Origin: Acidobacteriota bacterium
Lineage (GTDB): Bacteria > Acidobacteriota > Vicinamibacteria > Vicinamibacterales > UBA2999
NCBI GenBank assembly: GCA_016789705.1
Contig: JAEUQR010000136.1
Span: 1,711 to 65,710, forward strand
DNA: 64,000 nucleotides
Direction of reading: 5' to 3'
In this document: positions 9,801 to 21,240 of the stretch, piece after piece
Numbering within the stretch: position 1 is the stretch's first letter
How the letters are laid out: each line of letters starts with the position of its first letter
The notes under the pieces: generated by a model
What the model saw: the letters and a program-made list of their open reading frames with translations, nothing else
Told to the model about the DNA's origin: nothing
The model's database searches: none
Position numbers and translations under genes: made by a program

Positions 9801-11395
9801 CGGATGGCGTCGAGCGGCGGATTCGTGACCTGCGCGAAGAGCTGCGCGAAGTAGTCGTAGAGCAGGCGCGGGCGGTCGGAGAGCACGGCCAGCGCCGTGT
9901 CGGTGCCCATCGAGCCAATCGGCTCTTCGCCCGTGGCCGCCATCGGCGCGAGCAGCACGCGCAGGTCTTCGTGCGTGTAGCCAAAGGCCTGCTGCCGTTC
10001 GAGCACGGTCTTGTGGTCGGGCCGCTCGGCACGCGCCGCCGGCAGGTCGTCGATGTTCACGACATGCTGCCGCAGCCACTCGGCGTAGGGCCGCGCCGAG
10101 GCCAGTTCGCGCTTGATCTCGTCGTCGCTGACGATGGCGCCGCGGGCCGTGTCCACGAGCAGCATGCGGCCGGGACGCAGGCGGTCCTTGCGCACGATGC
10201 GCTCCGGCGCCACGTCGAGCACCCCCACTTCCGACGCCATGATGACGAGGTCGTCGGTCGTGACGAGATAACGCGAGGGCCGCAGGCCGTTCCTGTCGAG
10301 CACGGCGCCGATGAGCGTGCCGTCGGTGAAGGCAATCGACGCGGGACCGTCCCACGGCTCCATGAGTGACGAGTGGTACTCGTAGAAGGCGCGCACCGCC
10401 GGGTCCATCTCCGGATTGCCGCTCCACGGTTCCGGAATCATCATCAGCACGGCGTGCGGCAGCGAGCGGCCCGTTCGCACGAGGAACTCGAGCACGTTGT
10501 CGAAGGTCGCCGTGTCGCTGCCGCCGGGCCGGATGACCGGCAGCACCTTGCGCAGGTCGTCGCCGAAGACGCGCGACGAGAGCAGCCCTTCGCGGGCCTT
10601 CATCCAGTTGATGTTGCCGCGCAGCGTGTTGATCTCGCCGTTGTGGGCGACGACGCGGTACGGATGCGCGAGCGGCCACGACGGGAACGTGTTGGTCGAG
10701 AAGCGCTGGTGCACGAGGGCGAGCGCCGAGATCAGGCGCGGGTCGCCCAGGTCGGGGTACATCGCCTCGATCTGCGAGGCCGTGAGCATGCCCTTGTAGA
10801 TGAGCGTCTGCGACGACAGGCTGACGATGTAGAACGCCTGGCGCGCCGCGGCGGGGATGTCCATCCCGGCCGCGGCAGCCTCCACGCGCTTGCGGATAAT
10901 GTAGAGCGCCCGTTCGAAGCTGTCGGCATCGTCGCCCGGGGCGGCGGCCACGAACACCTGCTCGAAGCCGGGTGCGACGGCGGCCGCGGCCCGGCCGATG
11001 CGTTCGAGCCGTGTGGGCACGATGCGCCAGCCGATGACGGGGCGGCCCTCCTCGCCGGCGATGCGTTCGACCAGCCCGCGCAGGCTGGCCTTCGGCGCGT
11101 CGTCCGTCGGCAGGAAGACGAGGCCGGCGCCGTAGTTGCCCGCCATGGGCAGTGCGAAGGGGACCGACGCCCGGAGGAACGCATCCGGCATCTGCAGCAG
11201 GATGCCGGCGCCGTCGCCGGTGCCGGGGTCGGAGCCGCAGGCGCCGCGGTGTTCCAGGTTGATCAGGAGGTCGAGGGCCTGCCGCACGATGTCGTGCGAC
11301 TTCGTGCCCTTGATGTGGGCGACGAAGCCGACACCGCATGCGTCGTGTTCGTCACTCGCTCGATACAGCCCCTGGTCGCCGGGCACCTCGTTCAT
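6857..11395 (-). CDS. gltB: Glutamate synthase large subunit
   Basis: 1512 aa. N-terminal amidotransferase domain with [13 protein letters not shown] (Cys1 after processing), FMN/3Fe-4S central domains, and a C-terminal GXGXG beta-helix ([11 protein letters not shown]...). A GGAGGGG RBS lies upstream. Confidence 0.97.
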   Translation of the reverse strand: MNEVPGDQGLYRASDEHDACGVGFVAHIKGTKSHDIVRQALDLLINLEHRGACGSDPGTGDGAGILLQMPDAFLRASVPFALPMAGNYGAGLVFLPTDDAPKASLRGLVERIAGEEGRPVIGWRIVPTRLERIGRAAAAVAPGFEQVFVAAAPGDDADSFERALYIIRKRVEAAAAGMDIPAAARQAFYIVSLSSQTLIYKGMLTASQIEAMYPDLGDPRLISALALVHQRFSTNTFPSWPLAHPYRVVAHNGEINTLRGNINWMKAREGLLSSRVFGDDLRKVLPVIRPGGSDTATFDNVLEFLVRTGRSLPHAVLMMIPEPWSGNPEMDPAVRAFYEYHSSLMEPWDGPASIAFTDGTLIGAVLDRNGLRPSRYLVTTDDLVIMASEVGVLDVAPERIVRKDRLRPGRMLLVDTARGAIVSDDEIKRELASARPYAEWLRQHVVNIDDLPAARAERPDHKTVLERQQAFGYTHEDLRVLLAPMAATGEEPIGSMGTDTALAVLSDRPRLLYDYFAQLFAQVTNPPLDAIREEIITTMASTIGPEGNLLEPAPEACRQIAIEYPILHNDQVAKLRHLPTGSPFRSTTLPILYDPAEGGAGLARAMAELCRKASQAVAAGYGIIILSDRGVDATHAPIPSLLATAGVHHQLVREGARTKCGLLVESGDAREVHHVALLMGYGAGAVNPYLAFETLHDMIRQGLLAGVTHEQAVSGYVKALNKGVLKVMSKMGISTLQSYCGAQIFEAVGLDNAFVDTYFTSTPSRLGGVGLDTIAEEVRRRHARAFGRRRPATAELESGGEYQWRRDGEYHLFNPDTVFRLQHATRTKRYEIYKDYTRLVDDQSERRATLRGLFTLKPVGPPVPLDEVEPAEAILKRFSSGAMSFGSISQEAHETLAIAMNRLGGKSNTGEGGEDPARYVPDANGDSRRSAIKQVASGRFGVTSEYLVNADDLQIKMAQGAKPGEGGQLPGHKVYPWIAKVRHSMPGVGLISPPPHHDIYSIEDLAQLIFDLKNANPVARVHVKLVAESGVGTVAAGVSKAHADVVLISGHDGGTGASPLTSLKHAGVPWEIGLAETQQVLRLNGLRDRIVVQVDGQMKTGRDVVIAALLGAEEFGFATAPLVVMGCVMMRVCHLNTCPVGIATQDPELRKAFTGTPEVVETFFRFLADEVREHMAGLGFRTIDEMVGRVDCLDVEPAVQHWKARGLDLGPLLYQPDLPASAARRRLVPQDAVLDTVLDRTLIARAAPALERQEPVEIAAAVRNIDRTIGTLLGYEVTKRFGGTGLPADTIRVTLSGAAGQSLGAFLPRGISLTLEGDANDFVGKGLSGGRIVVRPPSAATFAAEDNVIIGNVALYGATSGDAFFGGVAGERFAVRNSGARAVVEGVGDHACEYMTGGRVVVLGATGRNFGAGMSGGLAFVFDPDGTFPRRCNTGMVDLDPFVDDDELTLVHELVARHVVLTGSALGARVLDRWDDAVQQFVVVTPRDFKRVRNTAAARRAARLSEDNLVGA

Positions 11396-11463
11396 GTTGC
11401 CCCTCCGGAGGGCCCATTAGAGGCAATCCCGATTGATAAGGAAAGATGAATGTTTCTATAGAA

Positions 11464-11484
11464 TCAATGCCGCAGAGGCATTGA
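11464..11484 (-). terminator. Hairpin immediately downstream of glnK, upstream of gltB (attenuator or processing candidate)
   Basis: tcaatgcc/ggcattga is a perfect 8-bp stem with a 5-nt loop abutting the glnK stop (11485-11487). On the minus strand it is followed by an unusually A/T-rich TTCTATAGAAACATTCATCTTTCC. There is no clean U-tract. Confidence 0.3.
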
Positions 11485-11846
11485 TCATTCTTCGTCGGGC
11501 GGTGCCACCGGTGTCACCGCCGCCTGGTCTTCCTCGCCAGTGCGGATGCGGTAGATCTTCTCGATCGGCAGCACCATGACCTTGCCGTCGCCGACCTCGC
11601 CGGTGCGTGCCGCGCCGAGAATGGCCCGTACGGTCGGCTCGACGAAGTGATTCGAGACGCCGATCTCGATGCGCACCTTCTCGGCCAGCGCCATCTTCAC
11701 GGTGGTGCCGCGATAGTTCTCGACGTGCTCCATCTCGCCGCCATGTCCATGCACGCGGCTGATGGTCAGCCCCTTCACCTCGGCATGGAAGAGGGCTTCG
11801 AGCACGTCGCTCAGCTGTTCGGGGCGGACGATGGCGACGATGAGCT

Positions 11847-11850
<4 letters not shown>
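11485..11850 (-). CDS. glnK: P-II nitrogen regulatory protein
   Basis: 121 aa with a GTG start overlapping the amtB stop (GTGA). MKLIVAIVRPEQLSDVLEAL...NYRGTTV (T-loop Tyr retained)...TGEVGDGKVMVLPIEKIYRIRTGEED is the P-II family signature. Linkage to amtB supports GlnK. Confidence 0.9.
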
Positions 11851-13133
<1,283 letters not shown>

Positions 13134-13351
13134 GACGATATTGAATCGACTGCGCTAGCCACATGTCCAATACGAGTTAATTGTCGAATCCATCCACGCG
13201 GCCACGGCGTCACGCCAGGCACACCGCCGCGCCGGCACCCGCCCGCACGGCCGCGGCCGGCCGCCGCCGGTTACCGACTGTTGTTTTGTGTCCTCGTCGG
13301 CCATAATCCGCGGCGGGCGCACTCGTCCGTTCCCGTGCCCCGGAGGCCGAC

Positions 13352-15025
13352 ATGCAGATCCCCTCGAAGGCGCCCGCCGCCGGCATCGCGCTGGCCTTCC
13401 TTCTCGCCGCCCTGCCGCACGCGCAGCGTCCCGCCGCCACGCCCGTCACACCGTCGGCGGTCGTGGCGCCGGCCTCGCCGCGTGTCGCCGCCCTCAAGGC
13501 GGCCCTCGACGCCGACGTGTCGTCGCCGGCGATGTACGACCTCGGCCAGCAGATGAACGACATGGTGTTCAGCTTCGGCGAGATCGGCTTCCAGGAGTTC
13601 GAGACGCAGAAGTACCTCGGTGGGCTGTTGCGCGAGCAGGGGTTCACCGTGGAGACTGGCGTCGCCGGCATCCCCACCGCCTGGGTGGCGCGCTGGGGCA
13701 GCGGCAAGCCGGTCATCGCCTTCGGCTCCGACATCGACGGCATTCCGCAGGGCAACCAGAAGCCGGGCGTGGCGTATCACGATCCCATGGTGGAAGGGGC
13801 GCCGGGGCACGGCGAAGGGCACAACTCGGGCACGCCGCTCAACATCGTGGCGGCGCTCGCCGTCAAGCGCATCATGGAGCGCGAGAAGCTGCCGGGCACG
13901 CTGATGATCTGGCCGGGCGTGGCCGAGGAGCTGCTCGGCACGAAGGCGTACTTCGTGCGCGCGGGGATGTTCAAAGACGTGGACGTCGTGCTCTACAACC
14001 ACGTCGGCTCCAACCTCGGCACGAGCTGGGGGGATGGCGGCGGCAGCGGGCTCGTGTCGGTCGAGTACACCTTCGAAGGCGAGACCGCGCACAGCGCCGG
14101 CGCGCCGTGGCGTGGTCGCAGCGCCCTCGACGCGGTGGAGCTCATGAACGTGGGCTGGAACTACCGCCGCGAGCACCTCCGGCTCGCGCAGCGCACGCAC
14201 TACGTGATCACCAACGGCGGCGACCAGCCGAACGTCGTGCCCCGCAACGCCAGCGTCTGGTACTACTTCCGCGAGACCGACTACGACACCATCCGGAACA
14301 TGTGGAGCATCGGCGACAAGATGGCCGACGGCGCCGCGCTCATGACGAACACCAGGTGGACGTCGCGCGTGCTCGGCACCGCGTGGCCCCGGCACACCAA
14401 CCGCGCGGTGGCCGAGGCGATGCACGCCAACATCCAGCATGTAGGCCTGCCGCAGTGGAGCGAGGCCGACATCACGCTCGCCAAGGCGACGCAGCGGGTC
14501 ATGAAGGTGCCGGAGATCGGCCTTGCGACCGGCCCCATCGGCCCGCTCCGCGGTCGCGAACGGATTCCGGATGAGGAGAAGTTCGGCGGCCCGTCGGACG
14601 ACGTCGGCGACATCACCTGGACCGTGCCCACCGTGGTGCTCGGCTACCCGGCGAACTTCCAGGCCGGCCCGGGTCACAACTGGGCCAACGCCATTCCGAT
14701 GGCGACGCCCATTGCCCACAAGGGCGTGAACGCCGGCGCCCGCGTGGCGGCGCTCACCGCGCTCGACCTCGTGATGCGGCCGGACCTCGTGGCGGCGGCG
14801 CGCGACTACTTCGAGAACGTCCAGCTGAAGCAGCGCGCCTACACTCCGTTCATCCGCCCCACCGACCAGCCGGCGATCTGGATGAACAAGGCGACGATGG
14901 ACCGGTATCGGCCGGAGATGACGAAGTACTACTTCGACCGTACGAAGTACAAGACCTACATGGACCAGATGAAGGCCCAGTTCGGCATCACCTATCCCAC
15001 CGTGAAGCCGGCCGCGTCGCAATAG
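13352..15025 (+). CDS. Secreted M20-family amidohydrolase (AbgB-like)
   Basis: 557 aa with GGAGG RBS and a signal peptide (AGIALAFLLAALPHAQ). The M20 metal-binding region reads IAFGSDIDGIPQ...GHGEGHNSG, resembling aminobenzoyl-glutamate utilisation protein B. Confidence 0.8.
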   Translation: MQIPSKAPAAGIALAFLLAALPHAQRPAATPVTPSAVVAPASPRVAALKAALDADVSSPAMYDLGQQMNDMVFSFGEIGFQEFETQKYLGGLLREQGFTVETGVAGIPTAWVARWGSGKPVIAFGSDIDGIPQGNQKPGVAYHDPMVEGAPGHGEGHNSGTPLNIVAALAVKRIMEREKLPGTLMIWPGVAEELLGTKAYFVRAGMFKDVDVVLYNHVGSNLGTSWGDGGGSGLVSVEYTFEGETAHSAGAPWRGRSALDAVELMNVGWNYRREHLRLAQRTHYVITNGGDQPNVVPRNASVWYYFRETDYDTIRNMWSIGDKMADGAALMTNTRWTSRVLGTAWPRHTNRAVAEAMHANIQHVGLPQWSEADITLAKATQRVMKVPEIGLATGPIGPLRGRERIPDEEKFGGPSDDVGDITWTVPTVVLGYPANFQAGPGHNWANAIPMATPIAHKGVNAGARVAALTALDLVMRPDLVAAARDYFENVQLKQRAYTPFIRPTDQPAIWMNKATMDRYRPEMTKYYFDRTKYKTYMDQMKAQFGITYPTVKPAASQ

Positions 15026-15048
15026 CGGCGCGCGGACCGGCCCGGGGG

Positions 15049-16650
15049 TCACCGCGTCGGCGCGCTGATCCGGAAGTTCCGCATCATGCCCATGTCCTCG
15101 TGTTCGAGGATGTGGCAGTGATAGAGGTACAGGCCCGGATACGCCGAGAACGTGATCTGCACCCGCACGGTCTCGCCGGGCAGCACGAGCACCGTGTCGG
15201 TGGCGCTCGTGTCGCTGATACCCTCGGCCAGCGCATTCGCTGCCGCGCCCGCCCGTGACAACACCCGGAACTGGGTGCCGTGCACGTGGATGGGATGGGC
15301 CATCGCCATGCCCATCGGGTTGGGTTCGTTCCTGAATTCCCAGATGTGCGTCGAGCCGGGCGCCACCGTTTCGTCGGCGGCCACGTCCGCCATGTCGAAC
15401 GTGCGCCCGCCGATGAGCCACTCCATCCGCATGAAGGTGAGCGGCACGCGGCGGATCGGGGCGCGGGCGCTCGCTGCCCACGACGCCGGCGGCGTGCACA
15501 GCCGATCCGGCAGCGTGTGTCGCCGTGCCGGACCGCTGCCCACCGTGAACGACATGAGATCGAGCGGCGCCCCCTGGGGCAGCGGAGAGAGTTCGCCCAT
15601 CATGCCCACGTGGCCCACGGCGTCAGCGGGGAAGGCGACGCTGCGCAGCGTGAACGTCGAGCCGGCGGATTTCGCCCCCGCGTCGAGCAGGATGTCGGCA
15701 CGCTGGCCGGGTGCCAGCGTGAGGAACGGCCGCGTGCGCGCCCGTTCGAGCAGGCCGCCGTCGCCGCCGAGGATCGTGAAGGGCGCGCCGTCGCTCCAGG
15801 CCAGCTTGTAGATGCGCGCGTTCGACCCGTTCAACAGACGCACCCGGTAGGCGCGGCGCTCGAGCGTGCGTTCGGGCCGGTTGACGCCGCTCACGAACAA
15901 GCGGTCGCCGAGCCACCCATTCATGGTCTCCATCATCTGGCCCATGCCGCCGCCCATCCCCATGCCGCCGCCGCGGCCCATCCCGCCGCCGCGTGTCATG
16001 CCCGACGTCGCGCCGCCGTTGGCGTAGACCAGCTGATTCCCGGGGTCGAACCGGCGGTCCTGGAGCACGAGCACGAGGGCGTCGTCACCCGACGGAAGAC
16101 CGAGCGCGTCGTCTTCGGGATCGCTCACGACGATGACGCCCGCGAGGCCCTGGTACGCCTGGGCGCCGGTGCGCATGTGCGGATGCGGGTGATACCAGTA
16201 GGTGCCGGCGCGGTTCACCACCTCGAAGTCGTAGACGTAGTCGCGGCCGGCGTCCACGGCGAGCCGCGGGTGCCCGTCGGCGGCCTCCGGGACATCGAGG
16301 CCGTGCCAGTGCACGATCGACGGCTCGGACAGGCGATTCTCGAAGCGCACACGAACCTTCTGCCCCCGGCGGAAGTGCAGCACCGGGCCAAGGTACGAGC
16401 CGGGGAGTGTCTGCACGGTCGATGCCGGGCCGCGCACCAGAGTGGCCGTGTATCGCCAGACTCTGGTCGGCGCGCCGGGCAGGAGCGTGACCTCGGCCGG
16501 CGCGGCGCGCATGGTGAGTTCCACGTCGGGCACGGCGCGAGACGCCTGGGCGCCGGCCGACGCCTCGCGCGGCGAACCGAAATCGAACGCGCCGAGCGCC
16601 GGCGCGACAGCCGGCACGGTCAGAAGGCGAAGGGCATCACGTCGGTCCAT
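15049..16650 (-). CDS. Tat-exported multicopper oxidase with Met/Gly-rich insert (CueO-like)
   Basis: Starting at internal MDRRDALRLL (twin-arginine). Copper-site motifs are HWHG, HPHPH, HPIHVHG and HCHILEHEDMGMM. The Met-rich segment is MTRGGGMGRGGGMGMGGGMGQMMETM. Confidence 0.9.
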   Translation of the reverse strand: MDRRDALRLLTVPAVAPALGAFDFGSPREASAGAQASRAVPDVELTMRAAPAEVTLLPGAPTRVWRYTATLVRGPASTVQTLPGSYLGPVLHFRRGQKVRVRFENRLSEPSIVHWHGLDVPEAADGHPRLAVDAGRDYVYDFEVVNRAGTYWYHPHPHMRTGAQAYQGLAGVIVVSDPEDDALGLPSGDDALVLVLQDRRFDPGNQLVYANGGATSGMTRGGGMGRGGGMGMGGGMGQMMETMNGWLGDRLFVSGVNRPERTLERRAYRVRLLNGSNARIYKLAWSDGAPFTILGGDGGLLERARTRPFLTLAPGQRADILLDAGAKSAGSTFTLRSVAFPADAVGHVGMMGELSPLPQGAPLDLMSFTVGSGPARRHTLPDRLCTPPASWAASARAPIRRVPLTFMRMEWLIGGRTFDMADVAADETVAPGSTHIWEFRNEPNPMGMAMAHPIHVHGTQFRVLSRAGAAANALAEGISDTSATDTVLVLPGETVRVQITFSAYPGLYLYHCHILEHEDMGMMRNFRISAPTR

Positions 16651-16866
16651 GGGCCAAGGTGCTCCACTCGCGGCGCCGATGGTCGGCTGCCGACTTCCCG
16701 GTGTAGAGCAAGTGCCACGCCACGTCGTGAGGCTCGCCACGGCCGCACCAAATCGGCCGGGGCCTGGAGCGGGTAAGCCTGCACTGCGGCAAAACTCGCG
16801 GACGATTCCCGGATCGGTATTTGCCGGCTCGTGGCCCGAACGTTGCAGCGGGGCTGACGAATCCGG

Positions 16867-19809
16867 ATGCCGTCCCCCAAGGCTGTTCCCGTCAGCGCGG
16901 CCAATCAGCGCGAAGTCGCGAAGTTTTCAGGCGTCGCCCACGCGAGGGCGCGCGCCCGGACGGCGAGGCGTCGCCCGAAGTGGCACACAGTGTGCCGTCT
17001 CGCGACACTCGTCGCCCTGTGTCTCGTACCGCAGACGGCTCGAGCCGATGATGGAGAGGCGGACCCCCGGCCGTCGGAACGCGGTCTTCCAACCGTGAGC
17101 ATCGTGCCACCCGCGCGGCTCGGCGCGCCCCAGCTCTTTGCCGTCTCCGTGGCCGGGCGCCGCCTCTACGTGGGAACGCTCACGGGACTGGCCATCCACG
17201 ACGGCGCGCACTGGGAGAACGTGCCATCGCCGCGTGCGCTCTACGCGGTGCACGGCGCATCGACCGGCCGCGTCATCGCCGGCGGCCCCGACAGCCTCGT
17301 CGAGCTGGCGCGGAGCGCCGACGGACACCGAGAACTGGTCTCGCTCCTCGACCGCCTGCCCGAGGGGGACCGCGTCATCGGCGACGTGCGATCGATCCAT
17401 GCGCTCGGCGACATCTTTTTCGCCGTCACCGACCGTGCCCTCGTGCGCGTGCGCGGCACCGAGGTGCACGTCGTGGACCGCTGGCGTTCCGATCCGCTGC
17501 GCCGCGGCTTCGTCAGCCAGGGGCGGCTCTACGTGACGTCGCAGAGCGGCGTTCGCGTTTTTGCCGCCGACGCGACGCCAGTGACCGACGAGGTCACGGC
17601 CCTCGCGGCCACTGGCGGCCGGGTGCTGTTCGTCGTCGATCACCCCGCGGCCGGGCAGGTCGTTGGCGTCGAGACACGCGGCCTGCTCACGCGTCGCGAC
17701 GGCGCCTGGCAGGCCGCCGGGCACGGCGGTGGCGAGCTGCTGAGACGCGGCATCACCGACGCGCGTGTGCTCGCAAGCGGCGCCCTCGCGCTTGGCAGCA
17801 CCACGGCCGGCGTGCTGCTGCTCACGCCGGAGCTCACCTTCGACCGTGCGCTCGGCCGCGCCGAGGGTCTGCCCTCGGGCGACGTGCAGAGCCTCAGCGA
17901 AGACGCGGAAGGCGGCGTGTGGGTGGTGAGCCCGGCCGAACTGGCCCGCGTGGATTTCGGCGCGCCGCTCACGCTCATCGACAGCCGGCTCGGCCTCGAA
18001 GGCACGGTCAACGGCGTGGCCCGCTTCGCCGGGCGGCTGCACGTGCTCACGACCTCGGGACTCTTCGTGCTCGACGACAACCAGGGACGGCGCCGCGCCA
18101 GGCCGGTGCCCGGCGTGCCGGCCCGCGCCTGGGACGCCTTCGATGCCGCCGAACATCTCCTCGTGGCCACGGCGTCGGGCATCTACGAGAGCCGGCCGTC
18201 GGGGGCCCGCCTCGTGCCGGGCACGGCGCGGCTGTCGTCCTACGTGCTGGCGCCGCGTGTCGACCGGCCCGACACGATACTCGTCGGCTCGCGCACGGGA
18301 CTCTCGGTGCTCGTGCGCCAGGGCAGCGGCTGGCGGTTCTCGCGTGACGTCACCGGCGCGCCGCGTTACGTGCGGACGATCGTGACGCGTCCCGACGGCG
18401 TCGTGTATCTCGGCACGACCTTCGACGGCCTCGTGCGCCTGCGCCTCGACGATCCGGCCGTGCCGCCGCGCACGCTCGTGCCCGGTGAGGTGCACCTGCG
18501 CGACATCGACGGCGCCCTGCACGTGCTCAACTACGAGACGAACACGCTGTCGGTGCTCGACGAGGCGCGGGAAACCGTGGCGCCGGCGGCGCTGCGCGGC
18601 GCGCACCTGCCCGAACACACGCTCCGTGTCGCCTACGACCCGGGCGGCGCGCTGTGGGCGACCGGCCGTGGCGTCGAGATGTTCGACCGCGGCACGGGCG
18701 CCATGCGGCCGGTTCTCGACCGCGCGGTGAGCGTGCAGGCGCTCGATATCGAGGACGACGGCGTGGTGTGGCTCGGCAGCAACATCGGGCTGTGGCGGTT
18801 CGCCAGTCCGCGGGCCACGCCGTGGACGTCGCGGCCGTCGCCGACGCTCGAGCGGGTCTTCGTCAATGGCCAGCCCGTGGCCCGGGCCCGTCCCGACGGC
18901 TCGCCGCTCGAGCTCGCGTTCGGCTTCGAGCGCCTGCGGCTCGAGCTCACGCCGAACACGTTCGCCCCGGACGCGGCGACCGCCTTCAAGCTCGAGCCGC
19001 TCGACGCCGACTGGAGCGCGGCCCGCCGCGGCGTCGTCGCCGAGTACACGTCGCTGCCGGAAGGCACCTACCGCCTGCGGATGCGGTCCGGCAGCGGGCC
19101 CGACCGAGCGGAAAGCGACTGGGCCTTCACCGTGCGGCCGCCGTGGTACCGCACGCCGCTCGTCTACCTGCTCGAGATCGCCGCCGCGGCCGGCCTGCTG
19201 CTGCTCGTGAGCCAGGTGCGCACGCACCAGCTCCGCCGCCGCTCGCATGAGCTCGAACGTGCGGTCATCGAGAAGACCGCGGCGCTACAGGAGGCCAACC
19301 GACGCCTCGCCGAACTTGCCTGGAGCGACGAACTCACGGCGCTCTACAACCGCCGCCACTTCGAGGAAGCGCTCGCCGAAGAGTGGGCGCGCGCACACCG
19401 TACGCGCAGTCCGATTGCGCTCGTGATGGTGGACATCGACCACTTCAAGTCGCTCAACGACACGCTCGGGCACGTCGCCGGAGACCGGGCGCTGCGGGCC
19501 GTGGCCGACGTGATCAAGGCCTGCGCCCGCCGTCCGGGCGACGTCGCCGCCCGTTATGGCGGCGAGGAGTTCGTGGTGCTGCTGCCGGGCGGACGCCGCG
19601 AGCGCGTGCACGCCCTCGCCGAAGAGATCCGCGAAGCCGTCGAGGCGCTGGCGCTGCCGCATCCCGGACACGCGCTCGGCAAGATCACGGTCAGCGTGGG
19701 TGTGGCGGCGGTCAACGCGCCCGAGAGTCTGCAGGCCACGCTCGTCGATGCGGCGGACCGCGCGCTCTACCGCGCCAAAGCCGCCGGCCGGAACGCGGTC
19801 GCCGCCTGA
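16867..19809 (+). CDS. Sensor diguanylate cyclase: periplasmic beta-propeller/Y_Y_Y-type domain, one TM helix, coiled coil, GGDEF domain
   Basis: 980 aa. The hydrophobic segment CRLATLVALCLVPQTARA is followed by a long repeat-rich extracytoplasmic region, then TM LVYLLEIAAAAGLLLLV, then a GGDEF domain with active GGEEF and an RxxD I-site (RPGD) 5 residues upstream. The start is uncertain; an in-frame GTG at 16990 is an alternative. Confidence 0.85.
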   Translation: MPSPKAVPVSAANQREVAKFSGVAHARARARTARRRPKWHTVCRLATLVALCLVPQTARADDGEADPRPSERGLPTVSIVPPARLGAPQLFAVSVAGRRLYVGTLTGLAIHDGAHWENVPSPRALYAVHGASTGRVIAGGPDSLVELARSADGHRELVSLLDRLPEGDRVIGDVRSIHALGDIFFAVTDRALVRVRGTEVHVVDRWRSDPLRRGFVSQGRLYVTSQSGVRVFAADATPVTDEVTALAATGGRVLFVVDHPAAGQVVGVETRGLLTRRDGAWQAAGHGGGELLRRGITDARVLASGALALGSTTAGVLLLTPELTFDRALGRAEGLPSGDVQSLSEDAEGGVWVVSPAELARVDFGAPLTLIDSRLGLEGTVNGVARFAGRLHVLTTSGLFVLDDNQGRRRARPVPGVPARAWDAFDAAEHLLVATASGIYESRPSGARLVPGTARLSSYVLAPRVDRPDTILVGSRTGLSVLVRQGSGWRFSRDVTGAPRYVRTIVTRPDGVVYLGTTFDGLVRLRLDDPAVPPRTLVPGEVHLRDIDGALHVLNYETNTLSVLDEARETVAPAALRGAHLPEHTLRVAYDPGGALWATGRGVEMFDRGTGAMRPVLDRAVSVQALDIEDDGVVWLGSNIGLWRFASPRATPWTSRPSPTLERVFVNGQPVARARPDGSPLELAFGFERLRLELTPNTFAPDAATAFKLEPLDADWSAARRGVVAEYTSLPEGTYRLRMRSGSGPDRAESDWAFTVRPPWYRTPLVYLLEIAAAAGLLLLVSQVRTHQLRRRSHELERAVIEKTAALQEANRRLAELAWSDELTALYNRRHFEEALAEEWARAHRTRSPIALVMVDIDHFKSLNDTLGHVAGDRALRAVADVIKACARRPGDVAARYGGEEFVVLLPGGRRERVHALAEEIREAVEALALPHPGHALGKITVSVGVAAVNAPESLQATLVDAADRALYRAKAAGRNAVAA

Positions 19810-19822
19810 GCGCCGCTCCCGG

Positions 19823-20623
19823 CTAGCGCGCCGCGCGGGCGAGCGTCGTGCCGGCGAGCCGGCTCACCGCGCGCAGCCCGTCCTCGCCGATGTCGAGGCT
19901 GTGCGCGTTCACGTACAGCCGGATGTGCTGGTCGCACACCGCATCCGACATCTCCTGCGAGTGCGCCCGCACGTAGGCGCGGCTGGCCTCAGGGTGCGCA
20001 AAGGCGTGTGCCACCGACGCGCGAATGGCCGCCTCCGCCGCGGCGGCCGTCTCGGCGTCGAGATCGGCGCGCGCGCAGATGCCGGCGAGCGGCACCGGCA
20101 GCGAGGTCTCGTGCTCCCACCAGTCGCCCAGGTCGATGATCTTCACGAGCCCGTGATCCGGATAGGTGAAGCGGCTCTCGTGGATGATGAGGCCGGCGTC
20201 CACCTCACCGCTCGCCACCGCGCCGAGGATGCGGTCGTAGCGCAGCTCCACGACCTCGCCGAGTGACGGGGCGGCCAGGCGCAGCAGGCGGAATGCCGTG
20301 GTGTCGCGGCCCGGGATGGCGATCCGTCCGCTGACGGCGTCGGCCAGGCGCCGCGACTGGCGCGCGACCACGAGCGGACCCACGCCGTGCCCGAGCGCCG
20401 CGCCGCTGCGCAGCAGGCGGTAGCGATCGCCCACCGCCGCAAACGCGCCGACGCTCAGTTTCGTCAGGTCGAAGGCGCCCTCGTGGGCGCGGCGGTTCAG
20501 CTCCTCGATGTCGAGCAGCGCCGGCTGCACGGCGAACGGCGCCGGCACGAGGCCGTGCACGAGCGCGTGGAAGGCGAACGTGTCGTTGGGACAGGGCGAA
20601 AAGGCGAAGGTCAGCGTGCGCAT
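19823..20623 (-). CDS. mqnD: 1,4-dihydroxy-6-naphthoate synthase (futalosine pathway)
   Basis: Starting at internal MRTLTFAFSPCPNDTFAFHALVHG, the characteristic MqnD N-terminus. About 266 aa. It overlaps the upstream mqnB stop by 13 nt. Confidence 0.85.
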   Translation of the reverse strand: MRTLTFAFSPCPNDTFAFHALVHGLVPAPFAVQPALLDIEELNRRAHEGAFDLTKLSVGAFAAVGDRYRLLRSGAALGHGVGPLVVARQSRRLADAVSGRIAIPGRDTTAFRLLRLAAPSLGEVVELRYDRILGAVASGEVDAGLIIHESRFTYPDHGLVKIIDLGDWWEHETSLPVPLAGICARADLDAETAAAAEAAIRASVAHAFAHPEASRAYVRAHSQEMSDAVCDQHIRLYVNAHSLDIGEDGLRAVSRLAGTTLARAAR

Positions 20624-21201
20624 GCGGCGATCTCCCGGACCAGGCGCGGCGTCAGGGCCTGCACCGCGGCGAAGGCCTCGTCGAAGCGCCACAGGGCGCG
20701 GTCGGTGTCTTCGATGGCGTTGGAGATGACGCGCACCTCGATGGCCGGCACGCCGGCGAGGGCGGCGGCACGCAGCACGCCGAACCCTTCCATGGCTTCA
20801 ACGTCGCAACCGCTCGTGTGGCCGACGCGGCCGCTCGTGCCGATGGCACGACGGGCGGCCTCCGGCAGCGCCCGGCAGGCGGCCTCTACGAGCGTCGCCG
20901 GTGTCACGAGGCGCGCCGGCGCGAATCGTTCGGGCACGCCGAGGTCGCAGTAGATGGTCTCGAGGCCGACGACGATCGCCGCGGGCACGAGACCCGAGGC
21001 GCGTCGCGCGCCGGCGATGCCGACGTGCACGACCACGGCCGGACGACGCGTGGCGAGCGCGGTGGCGGTGGCGGCCGCGGCCTCCACCGGCCCGACGCCG
21101 CAGCAGAGCGTGCGCCAGCCGCCGGACGGCGCGAGTTCACGCGCGGTGGCGGCGACGACGAGCACCGAGTCGATGGTGGCGGAGACGGCGGGCGCGGACA
21201 C
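20611..21201 (-). CDS. mqnB: Futalosine hydrolase-like nucleosidase (PNP/UDP phosphorylase fold)
   Basis: 196 aa, with ...VLVVAATARELAP...VHVGIAGA...GCDVEAMEGFGVLRAA.... It has a nucleoside-phosphorylase-family layout and is directly coupled to mqnD. Confidence 0.6.
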   Translation of the reverse strand: MSAPAVSATIDSVLVVAATARELAPSGGWRTLCCGVGPVEAAAATATALATRRPAVVVHVGIAGARRASGLVPAAIVVGLETIYCDLGVPERFAPARLVTPATLVEAACRALPEAARRAIGTSGRVGHTSGCDVEAMEGFGVLRAAALAGVPAIEVRVISNAIEDTDRALWRFDEAFAAVQALTPRLVREIAACAR

Positions 21202-21240
21202 TCCCGTCAGTGTACGCGCAACGGGGTGGCCCGCCTGAGC

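Noticed and set aside
7062-11339. Two long minus-strand ORFs (641 aa and 777 aa) in alternative frames inside gltB, plus plus-strand ORFs such as 7793-9517 and 10373-11449
   Set aside because: gltB is unambiguous across its full 1512 aa. The overlapping frames are Arg/Pro/Gly-rich, have no family resemblance, and are GC3-driven open frames.
13134-13351. A sigma54 (-24 GG / -12 GC) promoter or NtrC sites upstream of amtB, and similarly at 11396-11463 upstream of gltB
   Set aside because: The best candidate, TGGCTAGCGCAGTCGA, has the GG but not a TTGC at the correct spacing. No convincing match is present. An imperfect ATTCGAC inverted pair is too weak to call.
13271-15499. A 742-aa minus-strand ORF spanning both the M20 amidohydrolase and the 3' end of the multicopper oxidase
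   Set aside because: It crosses two convergent, well-supported genes and the intergenic gap between them. Its sequence is low-complexity and Arg/Gly/His-rich, and I treat it as a shadow ORF.
16927-19248. A 773-aa minus-strand ORF antisense to the GGDEF sensor
   Set aside because: The reasoning is the same. The sense frame has a signal/TM segment, a propeller-like region and an intact GGEEF domain, whereas the antisense frame shows only compositional bias.
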